NCBI RefSeq assembly: GCF_009914755.1
Contig: NC_060938.1
From: the human T2T-CHM13v2.0 reference genome, Homo sapiens
Length of the DNA: 64,000 bases
Direction: 5' to 3' (one strand)
Shown here piece by piece: positions 38,967-53,435 of the stretch (its first letter is position 1; each line of letters starts with the position of its first letter). Made by a program: the position numbers and the translations under genes. The notes under the pieces are model-generated. The model ran no database searches, was not told the origin of the DNA, and saw only the letters and a list, made by a program, of their open reading frames with translations.

Positions 38967-40855
38967 ATAAGAAGCCAATCTTGCCCTTGTCACTTTTTTC
39001 TGAACTTGCATTAAACCAACATAAATGGTTCAGATTAAATGGTTCTCAAGGTCCCATCCTGGCCTGGGTCTGCTGAGAGCAGTTATGAGCTCACCTCTCC
39101 TGTTAGCCCTGAAACTGGGAACTTTGCACAATGGTTCAGGAGCCTGTATCCAATGTAGAAACACAGCCACCAACTCCAGGACAATAGAGAAGTCGTGGTC
39201 CCCTACTGGAGACATTGTCTACTGGTAGCCTACTCCAATGTTTGGAAATCCAGGGGCTATATTCTGGTAGTTTGGGTAGCTGCCAACAGTCAATCACTAA
39301 GACCAGTCCAGAGAATAGCCTTCAGACACCTTCCAAAATGCCAAGTCCATTGGGAGAGCCATTACCTCTTACATGATTAGGTATTGATTTTGTTTATTCA
39401 GAGGAAATAAATAAGTAGGGAATGGTACATGAATGTGGCTAGGCTATCTGACCAAAAGTCCAAAAAGTGACTGGTGCTGTCAACATGGTCTCTGCCTCTC
39501 AGAGAATAATATAAACTTATAGGGATTCTCCACTGCCTGTTGCCTCCAGGGAAATGGTAGAATTTGGTGAGTTTTCTTATCTTTGAGGGGAGAGAGACTA
39601 GAGCACTGAAAAGGAGGGAAACAGAATCATGTCGTAGCTGATTGTAGTCTGATTGATGTTTAGCAAATTGCATCTGAGCAAAAACTACTGTGTTTCATTT
39701 TCCCCTAAAATCATTTCCACTTGAAATTTGGAATTATCTGCAGTGTTAGAATCAAATCTTTGAGGCTGTGCCTTTGGGAGTCTTAGGGAAGAAGGAAATT
39801 GATGAAACTGATGCTTAGCCCCTCTGCCAGGATGCTGACCATGCTCCCCGATGACACTCCATTCGCTTCTCTGGTTTTCTTCTCCTGCAGTGGTGAAATG
39901 TAATATGATGATGTGAAGCTCAGGTAGGGGATGTGAAAATTTTCAAATCAAACCCCAAGTCCTTAAAGCTTTGACAGTGAATAATGGCCCTACACAACTG
40001 TCATTCTCTTTTGCCTGGCTCTAGCCCAACGATCTTGATTTTTGGTGATGAGGCAGAGTAATTCACATGGTCTTTATGTTACATTGCACATGATGACTAT
40101 ATACTCCTGAAACTTATATCTGGATCCAGAGTCAGGAGAAATTATAAAACAAAAATAAGCAATGCAAAGCAAGCACTGGCTTCTCTGACCTGTGTCCATG
40201 ACACACAGCACCAGTGGGCTCCCTGAGCAGTGACCAATTTCTTGTTCAACCCTCAGGTCCTTAGAAAGCCTTTCGCCAAGCTCAGGGAATTAGAAAGCAG
40301 GTTCGTTATTATTGTGAGACTCAGTCTGAGTGATGGGGGAAATTAGGTTTCTAATCAAAATTCTGTACTTGTGACCCAAGAGAATGGAACCAGAGTATAA
40401 TAAGAATGGAAACTCTTTCTATAACCCTCCTCTCCTCAACCTAACATTTGTTGTAAGAAAGGTCAAGTTAAGTGCCCCATCCCTACCCTCAAGCTATTGT
40501 GTTCTTCTTGGATGCCCCTCTCAATAAACTGGAAGTTAGATTTTCCATCATGAAGGCAGCTATTTGTCACCTGCCACCCTCTTCTCTTGCTCTGTCTCAG
40601 CCCTGCCCTAGTATCTCTTGGATGGGGATATCACCCTCACATCTCTATCAAGCAGTTCAACTATTATTAGCTTCAAAGGGAACTGAGACTCTGTGTACTC
40701 AGCCCCTTGGTCTCATCAAGAGCAGCTTTGTAGTTCTCTGAGCTGTGGGGTCTCTAGGCTGAGAACTGAGGCTGGGGAGGCAGGGCACAGATGTTACAGC
40801 TCAGGCCCCAGGGCCAGCTCCAGGCTAGTTACCTGTGAGGCACTGTCATAATGTG

Positions 40856-40914
40856 CTCCTGGGACACCCGACAGATGTTTTTCGGAACTGGCATCAAACT
40901 CTTCGTGGAGCCCC
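40856..40914 (+). CDS. TRDJ3: TRDJ3, SWDTRQMFFGTGIKLFVEP
   Basis: 12-RSS GTTACCTGT-12-TAATGTG (40828-40855), FGxG motif, donor GTGAGT at 40915. Confidence 0.97.
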
Positions 40915-42249
40915 GTGAGTTGATCTTTTTCCTATATTTCTGGGATAATTTGAGTCCTGGCACTGGGGCTGCAATCCAGTTTGCATTATAAATTATAACT
41001 AGTAAATGAAATTATAACAAGGAGACAGAGTATTACAGATGTGAAATAGGCCAGAGTGAACACACTAGACTGAGTCACTTAAGTAGCTCTGTAACTCTAT
41101 TTATTTTAATATATATACTCTATATTAAAACAATAGCTCCCATTTATTTCTGAAATCTTCAGAGCAGCCCAAAAAACACAAAGAAATCTAGAAGAACTAC
41201 ACTAAGAGTTGGAGCATTCAGGTGCAAGGGAGACAGTGGGAGGGATACTTCAGCCCCAATTCCTCAGGAAGCTGCTTCATCTCTGCACATCCCTTTGGCT
41301 AAGCTAACTAGTATGCGTGCCTCCTTGCAAACTGAAAACAAGTGTCCTACAGCTTGGAAGATTCTGGAGAAAGGTAGTTAGCATGGTCAGAGTAATTAGG
41401 TAGAACAAACTTTTATTTCAGGGTTTAAGTTAAATCCCATATTGGCAGAAAGTCTTGAAATTCTGAGTGACATTTATTACAGTTGTTGCAATTCTTAGGG
41501 GATCAGTAGGACTAGCTATGAGAATCTAAAACATAGGTGACTTCTAAGTTTATAAATTAAGAAAGACTGTTCAGGAATGGTACACACTTTTTTGGTATTG
41601 TTTACCAGCACATAAACTTAGCAATGTATTGGTGTTCATAAAAAGAGAAAGTCTGACAATAAAGCAATTTTCCAAAGAAATAACACTTGAAACACATGTT
41701 GCAATGTAATTATATTTGTGGACTAAGAAAAAAAGACTACAAGTTCTTCAAAGATAAACGATTAAATCTTTAATCTAAATTCTGGACTACAATTTCATAC
41801 AGCTTCACGTCTGGGTTTAAGTCAAATACAAAATAGACTAGGATGCATATGGCAACTATATTGAGTGCACTCCAGTTTTTAAAAAGGTTTAATTCAGTCA
41901 GACACCCATTTCTTTGGTTACCAAGATGCCAAACAATGGATTCTATAAGACACTTTCTTTCAAACAATCGTTTTGAAAATATAAACATTAATGTAGAAAG
42001 AGGGATTCAGAAAAATGTTTTATCAAATCAATGTATTATGCTCTATCTGAAATGCTGACTAACAGAGTCAGAGCACAATATCATAAGTGCATGACCTTCT
42101 TCAGACATCTGTCTTTTCAGTTATATTGTATTATTCAAATTACTCAAACCCAATCTCCCCAGCCCAAAGTGATGATTTGACAACTGCCTGATGAATTTAG
42201 CTTTTAAAATTCTAGCAAGCCTTAATTATCCAACTAAATCAGACCAGGA

Positions 42250-42560
42250 TTAAGAGATACTCTTAAATAAACAAGGAGATAGGGTGTTTATTTTATGGAC
42301 AAGTTTCTTTTGTAACTTGTAACTCCCTTGAAAGTCAGCCAGAGTATGTCTCAAACCAAAGTCAAGATAGTGAGCAAGAAGTGTTGCACTTATGAAGGGA
42401 GGTGAGTGAGCAATGCATGTGGTTTCCAACCGTTAATGCTAGAGTTATCACTTTCTGTTATCAAGTGGCTTCAGCTATGCAAGGAAACCAAACAGGGGAA
42501 GTTTTCTCAAGCAGGTTGAAAGCAGGTTCCAAGAAAGCCCTTTGAAAAATGTCTAATCCT
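42250..42560. promoter_or_regulatory. TCR-delta enhancer (E-delta)
   Basis: Lies in the J-delta3 to C-delta intron. Contains the deltaE3 RUNX core TGTGGTTT (42418-42425) next to MYB site CCGTTA (42430-42435), tandem GATA sites TTATCA (42445-42450, 42458-42463) and STAT5-type TTCCAAGAA (42527-42535). Outer boundaries approximate. Confidence 0.9.
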
Positions 42561-42917
42561 TTCAATTGTCTAGAACTAAAGCCAAAAACATAAGGAACCA
42601 GATTCTTAGGAATAAGTTTCCTGCCCTGAGTGACTGAAACAGAATCAGTCTTTTAGTTGAGCTTCTCAGCAGAGGAAACGGGGAGAATGATGATGGTAGT
42701 GATGGGGGGTTTCTCTGAATAGTTGATTTTCTAGGAAAACCATGATCAACTTTGGTCCATTTACAAAGCCGTGATCAGCAGAAACTTCCTGACTAGCAAT
42801 CGCTCCCTCTCAACCAGATATAACCAGTTGATCTGGCAGTAGCTCTGCTGCTGTGAACCTCACAGCTGAAGCCCAAATTCAGATTCAGGATAAAGCATTA
42901 GAAAAATTATTTATTTT

Positions 42918-43090
42918 TATACAGAAAATTAGCCAGGTGTGGTGGTGTGCACCTGTGGTCCCAGCTACTCGGAAGACTGAGGCTGGAGGAGAGTCTGAGC
43001 CAGGAGGCAGAGGTTGCAATGAGTTGATATTGGGCCACTTCACTCCAACCTGGGTGGAAAAGACCCTGTCTCAAAAAAAAAAAAAAAAAA
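42918..43090 (+). mobile_element. Alu right arm (old subfamily)
   Basis: TACAGAAAATTAGCCAGGTGTGGTGG...GACCCTGTCTC followed by poly(A). Confidence 0.8.
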
Positions 43091-44066
43091 GGAAAAGGAA
43101 AATTACTTATTTTCCATTTACACATTCATTACCAACTTTCTGTTCAGCAACACCTAATGTCTTGATTATAGACCATAGTAGGTAAAAGTACACTGGAATT
43201 CAATGTATTTTTCATTTGATATCAAGAAGCAAAATTCACCTAAGTTTCAAATACTAAGGGCCAAATTTACAGGAGCAATTAATATTAAAAGTCAGCATTA
43301 AATTTAGGATTGAAAAATGTATCTTGATCATCATTCACAGGTTGGTTGTGTTTCTTGGTTTCAGGTATTAACAGGGCTCTTTCTTTAACAGTTATTTGAA
43401 GATAGCCTAAGAATTTAAGTCCCCATGGACACAACATTTATCACAATTCAAAAACTTCAGTGAGGCACTGTGTGAAAGAATCATCACTACCTCTCTCAAA
43501 GCTTCAAGACTTGTGGTCTTAAGGAAAGAAAAGTATGCATGTACAGGGTGGTGGTCCAAAGTGAGGCACAAAAAAAGAGAAGGCCAGGAGGGAAGCCAAT
43601 CCTGGGACCAACATTCCACAGTTCCTCTTAGATTAAAACAAGAATGAACGGGCTTCAATTGGTTTTATTTCTTTAAGGACTTCCTGAAAATGATCATTGT
43701 TATCCTCTGATTAAAGACTCAAAGGAAACTATACAGTAGTCAGTCCCCTACAGAAGAATGAGTATTCACCTAAAGGCAGAAACATGTACCACCTACCTTC
43801 AGCAGATCCCTTTCCACCCTTTCCAGCAGATCTGGAAGGGATGGCACCCTTCCGGGACCCCAACACTGCCATCCTCAGAACCTCTGAGCCAGTTATGCAG
43901 TCCTTCTCAGACCCTCGATTCTTTAAGTGACAGAATGCATAGCATGAGCACCTGCCCTGATCTACCATCCAAGGGCCCATGCATTTACAAAAAACCAACT
44001 GGTGCAGAGAGATATTCAGCCTGACCTAGATTGTCCAGAGGATTGATTAATAAAACACAGATAATC

Positions 44067-44464
<398 letters not shown>

Positions 44465-44652
44465 CTATCTCCTAGCAGCTCCTAACTGGAAGTCAAACTT
44501 ACTGCCTTTCATTTCTGCTCCCCTTGCCTGTCCTTTCACAGAGGTGGTAATAAGCCCAGGTCACTAACAGGATGCATGGAGGTCTGGATTGTAGTGTTTG
44601 GCTCCAGGGTAATCGAGGTAATCACCACTGTTTAACCCCCACAAAGTTGTGA

Positions 44653-45021
<369 letters not shown>

Positions 45022-45531
45022 TGAAAGGGAAGTTAGAGATGTAACTGTGGACAAATCATTCTCAGTATAGCATCATGCTGGAAATAAGACTTAGGCCCAA
45101 CTATAGCCTGCCATTGGCAGGGGAGGGAAATGCTTGTCATCCCTAAGATGGAATCTAAAATAAAGCCCATCTTATTTCTTCCTCATCTCTCCTCTTTACC
45201 TACCACTGTCCCCTTCATACTAGACTCTGGGATTGAAAGTCCTCGTGCATTCTAATCCAGTGCTAAATTCCAACAAAGGGCAATGCGGCCTATTGTGGGG
45301 CTAAGAATCCTAGTTCTTCCCGCATATTGGTGTGCCTGGATGTTGACCTCATGGTACAATGAAAAAGGCTAGAATGGGAAGCATGTTGTATAATTAGCTA
45401 TGTGACCTTCACCAAGTCACATCCTCTGGTCCTCAGTTCACTCACCCAAAGTCTCCTCCAGTTTTAAAAGCCTACAATCCTGTGAGCCTCTTCATTCCCA
45501 ATGTAACCCTGACCACTGCTGTTTGTTCCAG

Positions 45532-45597
45532 ATCACGTAAAACCAAAGGAAACTGAAAACACAAAGCAACCTTCAAAGAGCTGCCATAAACCCAAAG
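45532..45597 (+). CDS. TRDC: TRDC exon 2 (connecting peptide DHVKPKETENTKQPSKSCHKPK)
   Basis: Acceptor TTCCAG, 66 nt, interchain Cys, donor G|GTTAGT. Confidence 0.96.
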
Positions 45598-45961
45598 GTT
45601 AGTTCAAATCAAAGGGCCAACTTCAGAATCAAGGGTTAAAGCAAACTCTGTAATTGTCCACTGGGGCCAAAATGTATCAGATTTCAAAAGAAAACACAAA
45701 CCATGCTGAGCCCAGTTGGTTCTGCAGAGCCTCTGACTCTCCCAGCAAGGCTTACCTGGCTGTCGGCATCGGTTTCCCAAGCTTGCCTGGCTGGGTGTCA
45801 GCAGCAGCCTAAGGTCTCTGACGGCTATCTGGCACCATGCTGGACTTGCAGGCCAGAAAGAACTAGGCAGACTTGGGGCAGGCTAATATCAGTGTTGCAG
45901 GCCCAATTTCTGGAAGGGAATTTAATCTCTCCCTGAAGCCACCCTCTTCACTCTTTTTCAG

Positions 45962-46081
45962 CCATAGTTCATACCGAGAAGGTGAACATGATGTCCCTCA
46001 CAGTGCTTGGGCTACGAATGCTGTTTGCAAAGACTGTTGCCGTCAATTTTCTCTTGACTGCCAAGTTATTTTTCTTGTAAG
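45962..46081 (+). CDS. TRDC: TRDC exon 3 (transmembrane; AIVHTEKVNMMSLTVLGLRMLFAKTVAVNFLLTAKLFFL*)
   Basis: Acceptor TTTTTCAG. Transmembrane segment with the conserved Arg and Lys for CD3 assembly. TAA at 46078-46080, donor at 46082. Confidence 0.97.
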
Positions 46082-47290
46082 GTAAGAATTAGCCGCTTCT
46101 TATTCCTATCTCTACCCACACCATGCTGCACATGGGGAAAGGGGATTTAGAAATGGCTAAGAAACCAAGAAGCATTGGAAAGGGAAAATAGAGACATACT
46201 TAGAATTAATAAGGTAGGCTATCTCAGCTACTCAGCAAAACAGCACCCCATTTCCTGTTATCCTTTCATTTTGAGTCAGACTGAAACCCATTAGGTAGTA
46301 TAATGTACTATTTTTCTAATATACCAGAGAATAACCCTCACTTTCACTCCAGGGAGAAAACTGAAGATAAATAAGGAGAATTCATCTTCTTTACTGCTAT
46401 TTTGTTCATCGACCAAGAGACCATGGGTTATTTGCAAGGCCATAAGTAAAGCTTTGCCTGAAGACTATCCAGAGGAAGCAGAACCTATCTTTGTCCTGAT
46501 AAAGGGAATGCCAGCTCACACTCCTTAATCATAGGACCAGCCTGTCTATGTGTGGATCAGCCTGTCTTTGGGATGAACCTACACACAGCATTAGTAGTGA
46601 ACAGCTCACTATTAGCTACTCAGGATGCATACACAGTTAGGTTTGAGATGTCAATTATTTGCCTGTTACTTGCATTCCGTTCTCAGGTAATCTCATACAC
46701 GAAATTGAAACCAGGGCCTGGGTTTGCGTGTGAGGCTTCTCCCCCTCACTCCTTCTCCAATACTCACAAATGCTCATCAACCCCAGCTTCTGTTCTAGGA
46801 ACAACCCTAGACTCAGAGTACTTGACTGATCTGACCCAGACAGTAAACATACCCAGTCATCTCAAAAAGGGGGTCCAGCTCACCTGTTATTTTACTAACA
46901 GTCCCAGGGACACAGGCAGTGTGGCTGGGTAAAAAGAGAGCTATACTAAGAGTCAGAAGATCTGGGTTTTATCCTGATTTTGACACTAACTTACATGTTA
47001 CCTTAGCCAGGTTTCTTCATCTCTCTGGGCCTGGGTTTTTGCATCTGCAAAACAAATGAGTTAAAAAAAATAATAACCAAAGGAGAACAAAAGAGTCTCA
47101 TGACTTGTGCCAACACTGATAGCTGAACTAGCTGAGCTATTGCCATGTGTACATGGAAAGTGAGCCACAATAGATTAGTGATGTCTGCAATGGTACAGTA
47201 TAGCAAGTACCGGCCAACCCCAGACTACATGACCCCTACGATTCCTTCTAGCACTGGCAGTCTATTCTATAACAACTTTCTTCACTGCAG

Positions 47291-48345
47291 GCTGACTGGC
47301 ATGAGGAAGCTACACTCCTGAAGAAACCAAAGGCTTACAAAAATGCATCTCCTTGGCTTCTGACTTCTTTGTGATTCAAGTTGACCTGTCATAGCCTTGT
47401 TAAAATGGCTGCTAGCCAAACCACTTTTTCTTCAAAGACAACAAACCCAGCTCATCCTCCAGCTTGATGGGAAGACAAAAGTCCTGGGGAAGGGGGGTTT
47501 ATGTCCTAACTGCTTTGTATGCTGTTTTATAAAGGGATAGAAGGATATAAAAAGATATAGGACTCTTTTTTTACTCCTACAAGTGATACACTTTGAAAAT
47601 GATGTTTTGTTCCTTTTGACTTTCTTTACCTTTTGAAGTAGAAAGTGGGAACCAACAGGTTCACAGCTTCATTCCTCATGAGGCAAATAGGCCTTGGGAG
47701 AAGAAGAGCGGGTGCCCTTTTATCTAAACATGGAAGGCTCTGCTCAACTGAGCACTAGATTTGCTACAAACCAGCATCATCTTCTTCCTCCTGTCCTCAC
47801 GGCTTGTCCCACCCTCTATGTTCACTTCAGGAGCCACACTAGAGATTCTGCATGGCGTGGAGGAGGACAAAGTTTCAGCACTTTCTGCCTCTCCTAATAC
47901 TTTACAAATGAGATTACATTTGAATTTGCTAATACTTTATGAGCAGGCAATGAGGTTTCCAAAATCTCATCTAAATACTCTCCAATCTATTAGCAAAAAT
48001 CAGAGTAAAATACAGAGGAAAGGCACTGCTTTCTGTTAATTGATTTAACATGCATGAATTAGCTCCCTCTGAGTTCCAGGCACTATGCTGAGAGTACAAA
48101 GAAGACACAAGTCTGCTTTCAAGCAACTCACTGTGAAAGTGTTTTTGAAGGGAGGAACAGAAATGAGACCCCTATCTTTCCCTATAAAAACAACATTTTT
48201 ACTGTCTTTTGCCTGCCAATCTGTATTTGAAACCATTGGACACTGATTCTCTGGCCTGGGACTTTGGCATTGATGGTTTTCTGCCTTTCTTCTCAGCCTC
48301 TGCCTCTATTGCATTTATTAAACTGCATTGTGTGCACCTCGCCTC
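47291..48345 (+). other. TRDC: TRDC exon 4 (3' UTR)
   Basis: Acceptor TTTCTTCACTGCAG at 47290. Candidate poly(A) signals TATAAA (47528, 47546) and ATTAAA (48317-48322). The 3' end is approximate. Confidence 0.8.
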
Positions 48346-49963
48346 TGGCTTTACTCTTTGCAGATCACCACAGGGGGAAACTCAGCTCTGTGAGCTCACT
48401 ATTAGTCAGCCAAAAGCCAAATTGAACTTATGGGTCACACTGCACTTTCCTGAGCCCCAAGCCTACAGAGGCCCTGCCTTGGAGACCCAGCCTCGGGTTT
48501 CCTGCTGCCTCTGCTGATGCCGCTGTTACAGCAAGAGCAACAGCAGCACCTGCAGCGTGGCCAGTGACCTCTGCTACTGCCACCCAGGAAGGCCACAGCC
48601 TTTTCCAGGAGCACTGCTCAGGTGCAGAGCCCTAGCAACCCATTATTGTGGTTCTCTCAGCACCTATGTGGAGCATCAAGTCGGGGGTTATGAGGTTACA
48701 AGTGAAAGAGTGACTGTCGCCAACAACTCCACTTGCCATCCCCGACAGCAAACTCCCCCATCATGTCTACTACACCTTGTATGTGTAAGGAATGCTGATT
48801 TCCAAAACATTCACGAGTTACCTTGTGTAATATTAGGGTGTTTCCTCTGAAGTTGTTAGGAACAAAAAGATCATATTCTCATTTTTCAGATAAAACAAAA
48901 ATGCCCTCTCCTCAAAAAAGTATGTATCATGTCCAGAGTCATTCAGTGAGGCAGGGATATTGCTGGGAGCAGAACCAAGGTCTCAAGATTTTCAGCCCAA
49001 AGTTCCTGCTATAAGAACATACTGCATCCCCAAATGAGGACAAGATGTCAAAGTGAGTATCAGCTAGAATGAACTTCAGGATTGTCCCATATTTAGCATA
49101 TAAATGAGCCACCCTCTAGCCCACTATGCCAGAAACAAAAAAAATCCTGGCATATCACAGGACCATGAATTTCCCACACCAAAAGGAGCCTCCAGGGAAG
49201 ATTTAAGGCAAGAGCCAGGAGGGATTATGGCTGCCTTCTGATCTGGGGCCATGATATGTGAACTGTGAGATGGACATGTGTCACACTCAGTAGGCATTAG
49301 AACAGAAGCCCCAGAAAGCCAAGCCACATGCCCAAGGTCTTTGGCTCCCTCATCCCCTGTTCTTTCCATTGTTCTATACAGTGGCTACTCTTGTCCACTG
49401 TTTCTGAAGAGCACATAAACTGCTGCCCAAACCACTCACTGATAGAGCCACCTAGGGTACAGCTGCAGAAGAGAGCCCTGGAAGTGTAACGCTGCATCTC
49501 TGGGCCTGTCATTATCCAGGTATACGACTTTGAGAATGTCCACCATGTCTCTGGACTGCAGTGTAGTTTCTATAAAATAACATGTAAGGCCTCTTCTATT
49601 TCTAAGATTATATCTAATAACTCTAATAGTTCTATTAAGGCAGATAATTCAAGAGAAGAGGAAGGAGGGACTGATTCCCAGGGACTGAGGGTGTGTATCT
49701 ATTTCAACATCACATAGTCAGTTTGCCCCAGAGGAAATTTTCTCTGCCGGAGACACCACTGAGCTTCAAACTCAGGGACTTGGCAGCTGGAATTCTGGAA
49801 GTCACAACTTTCCAGGAGTGCCTCAGTGCTCTGCAGTGAAAAAAAAGAAAATGTTCTCCAAATAAAATAAGTAAAATGGAGGTGTCAAAGAACATCAAGG
49901 AGAAGGTGGCTGGATATAAAAAGATGCGGGAAAAAAAAAGTAAATTGGTGAAAAGTCTTTTAA

Positions 49964-50287
<324 letters not shown>

Positions 50288-50759
50288 TAATTTAATTCTG
50301 CAATGAAAACAGATCAATTCATAATAATGGATAAATGGTGGTGGTGACTAAAATAAAGACACGGCTGACGGCCTCGCCTTAGATGGGCCCTTTACCTGCA
50401 CCTGAACCTGCATCCTGAAACACTCACAGAAAATGCAGCACAGGCTTGTCAAGCCCCTTTCTGTATCGGGACGACCAGGGCACCAGGGGCACGAAGACAG
50501 CGCTCTGTAAACATGCAGTTCTCCTTTGCCTACCAGGAGTCATTCAGGTGGCAAGGGCCCCGTGAGTCAGAAGTGGGGAGATACTCTGTTTCTCTGAAGC
50601 CAGGGTGCTCCCCTGGATCTGACCAGGCCATTTATTTCTCAGAAGACACTTTAGGTCACTTCTAAAGGCCAGGCTGGAACCCAAAATGGCTAAGAGAAGG
50701 ATGCCAAGTCCCAGACATGACCTGCCCTAAGAGGCAGCTCTGCTGAGCTGTGCCCCAGG

Positions 50760-50798
50760 AGTTTGTGTTATGACTTCCTGGGCACCTGCATCATAGTG
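50760..50798 (-). other. TRDV3 23-RSS: CACTATG-23-ACACAAACT
   Basis: Minus-strand heptamer 50798-50792 and nonamer 50768-50760. Confidence 0.94.
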
Positions 50799-51102
50799 CT
50801 AAAGGCACAGTAGTAAGTGGCACTGTCTTCAGTCCTTACTGGAGAGATCACCAAGTGAAAGGCTTTCTGGGTCAGAATGTGTTTCACAGAAAACCGTCCT
50901 TGAGTAAAATCTGCACCTTCTGATCTGCTGTTATCCCCATAAAAGACAAACTGAAAGGAATAATCTGGCCTTATCCGGTACCAGAATAAATCTGGATTTG
51001 AATATACAGTGTCGTAAGTGCAGAGCAGTACCACCTCACTGCCACTCGCCACCGTCTGGTCCGGGGAACTCTGGGTTACTTTGTCACACAGCGTGCCCCT
51101 GT
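50799..51102 (-). CDS. TRDV3: TRDV3 V exon (inverted; [16 protein letters not shown]...YYCAF)
   Basis: Minus-strand acceptor TTTTTCCCAG. Ig V-domain (LLC, WYR, YYC). Lies 3' of TRDC in the opposite orientation, so it rearranges by inversion. Confidence 0.97.
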
Positions 51103-51335
51103 CTGGGAAAAAGACAATGAGGAAATAGTGAATTCTGCACCCCCCAGACAGTGAGTACAGCACATGCCTAGCCCAGAAGAACTCAATGAGCAGAGGCAAG
51201 AGAAGGACACAGAAATAAAGCCAAAGGCAGCAAATAACCAAAAACCAAGAGTGCAAGAGAAAAAGCCTTCAAGAGTCAGAGAAGGAGAAATGGGGTTATA
51301 GAGCAAGTGGAATGTAAACAAATGAAACTACTTAC

Positions 51336-51372
51336 AGAAAAACAAAAAGCTAAAGCCCACAGTAAGAATCAT
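51336..51372 (-). CDS. TRDV3: TRDV3 leader exon MILTVGFSFLFF
   Basis: Minus-strand ATG at 51372, 37-nt phase-1 exon, donor GTAAGT. Confidence 0.95.
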
Positions 51373-52922
51373 CTTTTCTTCATATCAGGGCAGAGGATAT
51401 ACAACAAAACAGGGTTCCTAAGATCTCAGAGACTATCTGACGGTTCTAATGAAAGAAGACGGGAGGAAAACAAGAGGAGACTGGCAGCGCTGACGGTCAT
51501 GTGACTGATTCAGCTGTGACTTCTAGAGGCAAATGCGCTCAGCCAAGGAAACTGCTATTGCTATTATGATTTTGGCCCCAATCCATCTTGAACTAACACA
51601 TATGACAATGAAAAATGGATTACTTTTAAAAAAGAAAAGAAAAGAAAAACAAAGGAAGGGAGAGAGAGAGGAAGTGAGGGAGGAAAGAAAACTGCAAGAC
51701 TAATGATGGCGTTCTTGGATATCCAACTGCTACAAAAGTAGTTCACTCTCCATTTCTGTATCCTCTGGTCACAGACTGGTGTACTAGTCCATTAATCACA
51801 TGTCGTACTTTGAGTGACACTGTCTCATAGCATCTAGCACGGCTCCACACACTTTGTTCTATTCAATAAATGGAATAAGTGAAAGAGTACCTTGGACAAC
51901 TCCCTTACTCCTCTGTGTAAAGAGGAAGGAAAGGGGGTTGGACCAGATTCTTTCTAAAATCTGTCCTAGACCTGAATTCCAGAAATCTTTGATTTCAGAT
52001 GCTTGAGGGAGTGTCCTGATCCTAAGTGCTTCTTGCACTTCACCAGCTTGACTTTCCATCTCTCACTGGGCCCACTGCAGCACACACTTGGCTCCAGCTG
52101 GAAAATCCTGAACAGAGCTTCCCGGCAGGTGAACTGCCATAAGTGGGTTATAAGCTTGCTGAGATAGTGTTCAGAGTGCCCATGTACCTGGGGTGGCTGG
52201 AGCCCCTGAGCCAGCCCCTCCCAGTCAGGAGCACTACAAATACAGTTTTCCATGTAAGCCATCAATATGACAACAGTTGGGAGGCACTGCTGTGAAAAAC
52301 AGAACACTGACTAACTCACTCCCCAAAATGCAGGAGTGTTCCTAGGAGTATTTCTAGAAGGTCCTTCATTTCCCTTTTTCCCTACATCCACTTCATCAGT
52401 AAGACCTGTCAGTTCTACCATGAAAATATATCTCCAATCCATCTACTTCTTCCATCTCCACTGCAACCACCTTCTATAAACACCATCATCTCTTACAGGG
52501 ACTGCTTCAATAACCCACTAACTGGCCCCCTTGCTTCTGCTCTTGTCCCTGGACAATCCATTCTCCAGTTCTTCATAAAATGTACATCAGATGATGACAG
52601 CTGGACCTCCTTCCCAGGCCTGTAACATCTGCAAACGATCTGGCCCTTGCTTCCTCCCCAGCCTCACCTCACATCTGCTCCTTCTCTTTCTTCCCTTCAG
52701 CTGCAGTGGCCTTCCTTCTCGTCCTTTCTATGTCTCTCTTTTCTAGCTACCTGAAACTCTGTCTCCAATTTTTCACAGTTCTCAGCTCCAACTAAATTAG
52801 TCACCCATGCCACCCATAACCAACCTCAATTACATCTCTGTTCTTATTTTCCCTCACATCACTATCTGAAATCATCAGATTCATACATGTTTATTTTATG
52901 TCTCTCCCATCTCACCTCTCCC

Positions 52923-52924
<2 letters not shown>

Positions 52925-52972
<48 letters not shown>
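52925..52972. repeat. (CA)n microsatellite within an L2-like fragment
   Basis: About 24 CA units. Confidence 0.95.
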
Positions 52973-52974
<2 letters not shown>

Positions 52975-53125
52975 TAATATAAACTATATGAGGGCAGGGA
53001 GCTTATCTTTTCACTGATATGTCTCCAGCCCCTGGGCTTGTGTTGACCGCATCACAGACAATCAGTAAATATCTGTGTAAAAAAAAGGAATGCAATTTCT
53101 TCACTTAAAAACTCACCATTCACCT

Positions 53126-53309
53126 AGATTTAGGAAATAAAAATACAAGACACCCAGTTAAATGTGCATTTCAAATAAACAACAAAAATTTCAGTAATAC
53201 GGGTAGCTGGGACATGCCATATTTGGAACACATTTATACTAAAAAAGTATTCATTGTTTATCTGAAATTCAAATTCCACTGGGCATCCTGTGTTTTATCT
53301 GGCAATGCT
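53126..53309. mobile_element. MER53-like palindromic non-autonomous DNA transposon
   Basis: Imperfect inverted arms: ATAAAAATACAAGACACCCAGT...TTTCAAATAAACAA versus TTGTTTATCTGAAA...ACTGGGCATCCTGTGTTTTAT. Confidence 0.75.
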
Positions 53310-53435
53310 AGGCATGCAGAATACCAAAAGTAAGCACCAGGCAGGCCAGAGTCCCACCATGAGCATCTTCAGGGCCCCTGGATGTGGAAGAGGGATGTTG
53401 AGGGCCCAGGGGCTGCCTTGCCGGTGCATTGGCTG

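Noticed and set aside
45999-46035. CACAGTG...GCAAAGACT cryptic RSS inside TRDC exon 3
   Set aside because: The spacer is 21 nt and the nonamer matches only 6/9. Explained by codon content.
50768-51256. 162-aa minus-strand ORF with a long hydrophobic N-terminus
   Set aside because: The N-terminal part is the TRDV3 intron and the C-terminal tail is the RSS. The true leader is at 51336-51372.
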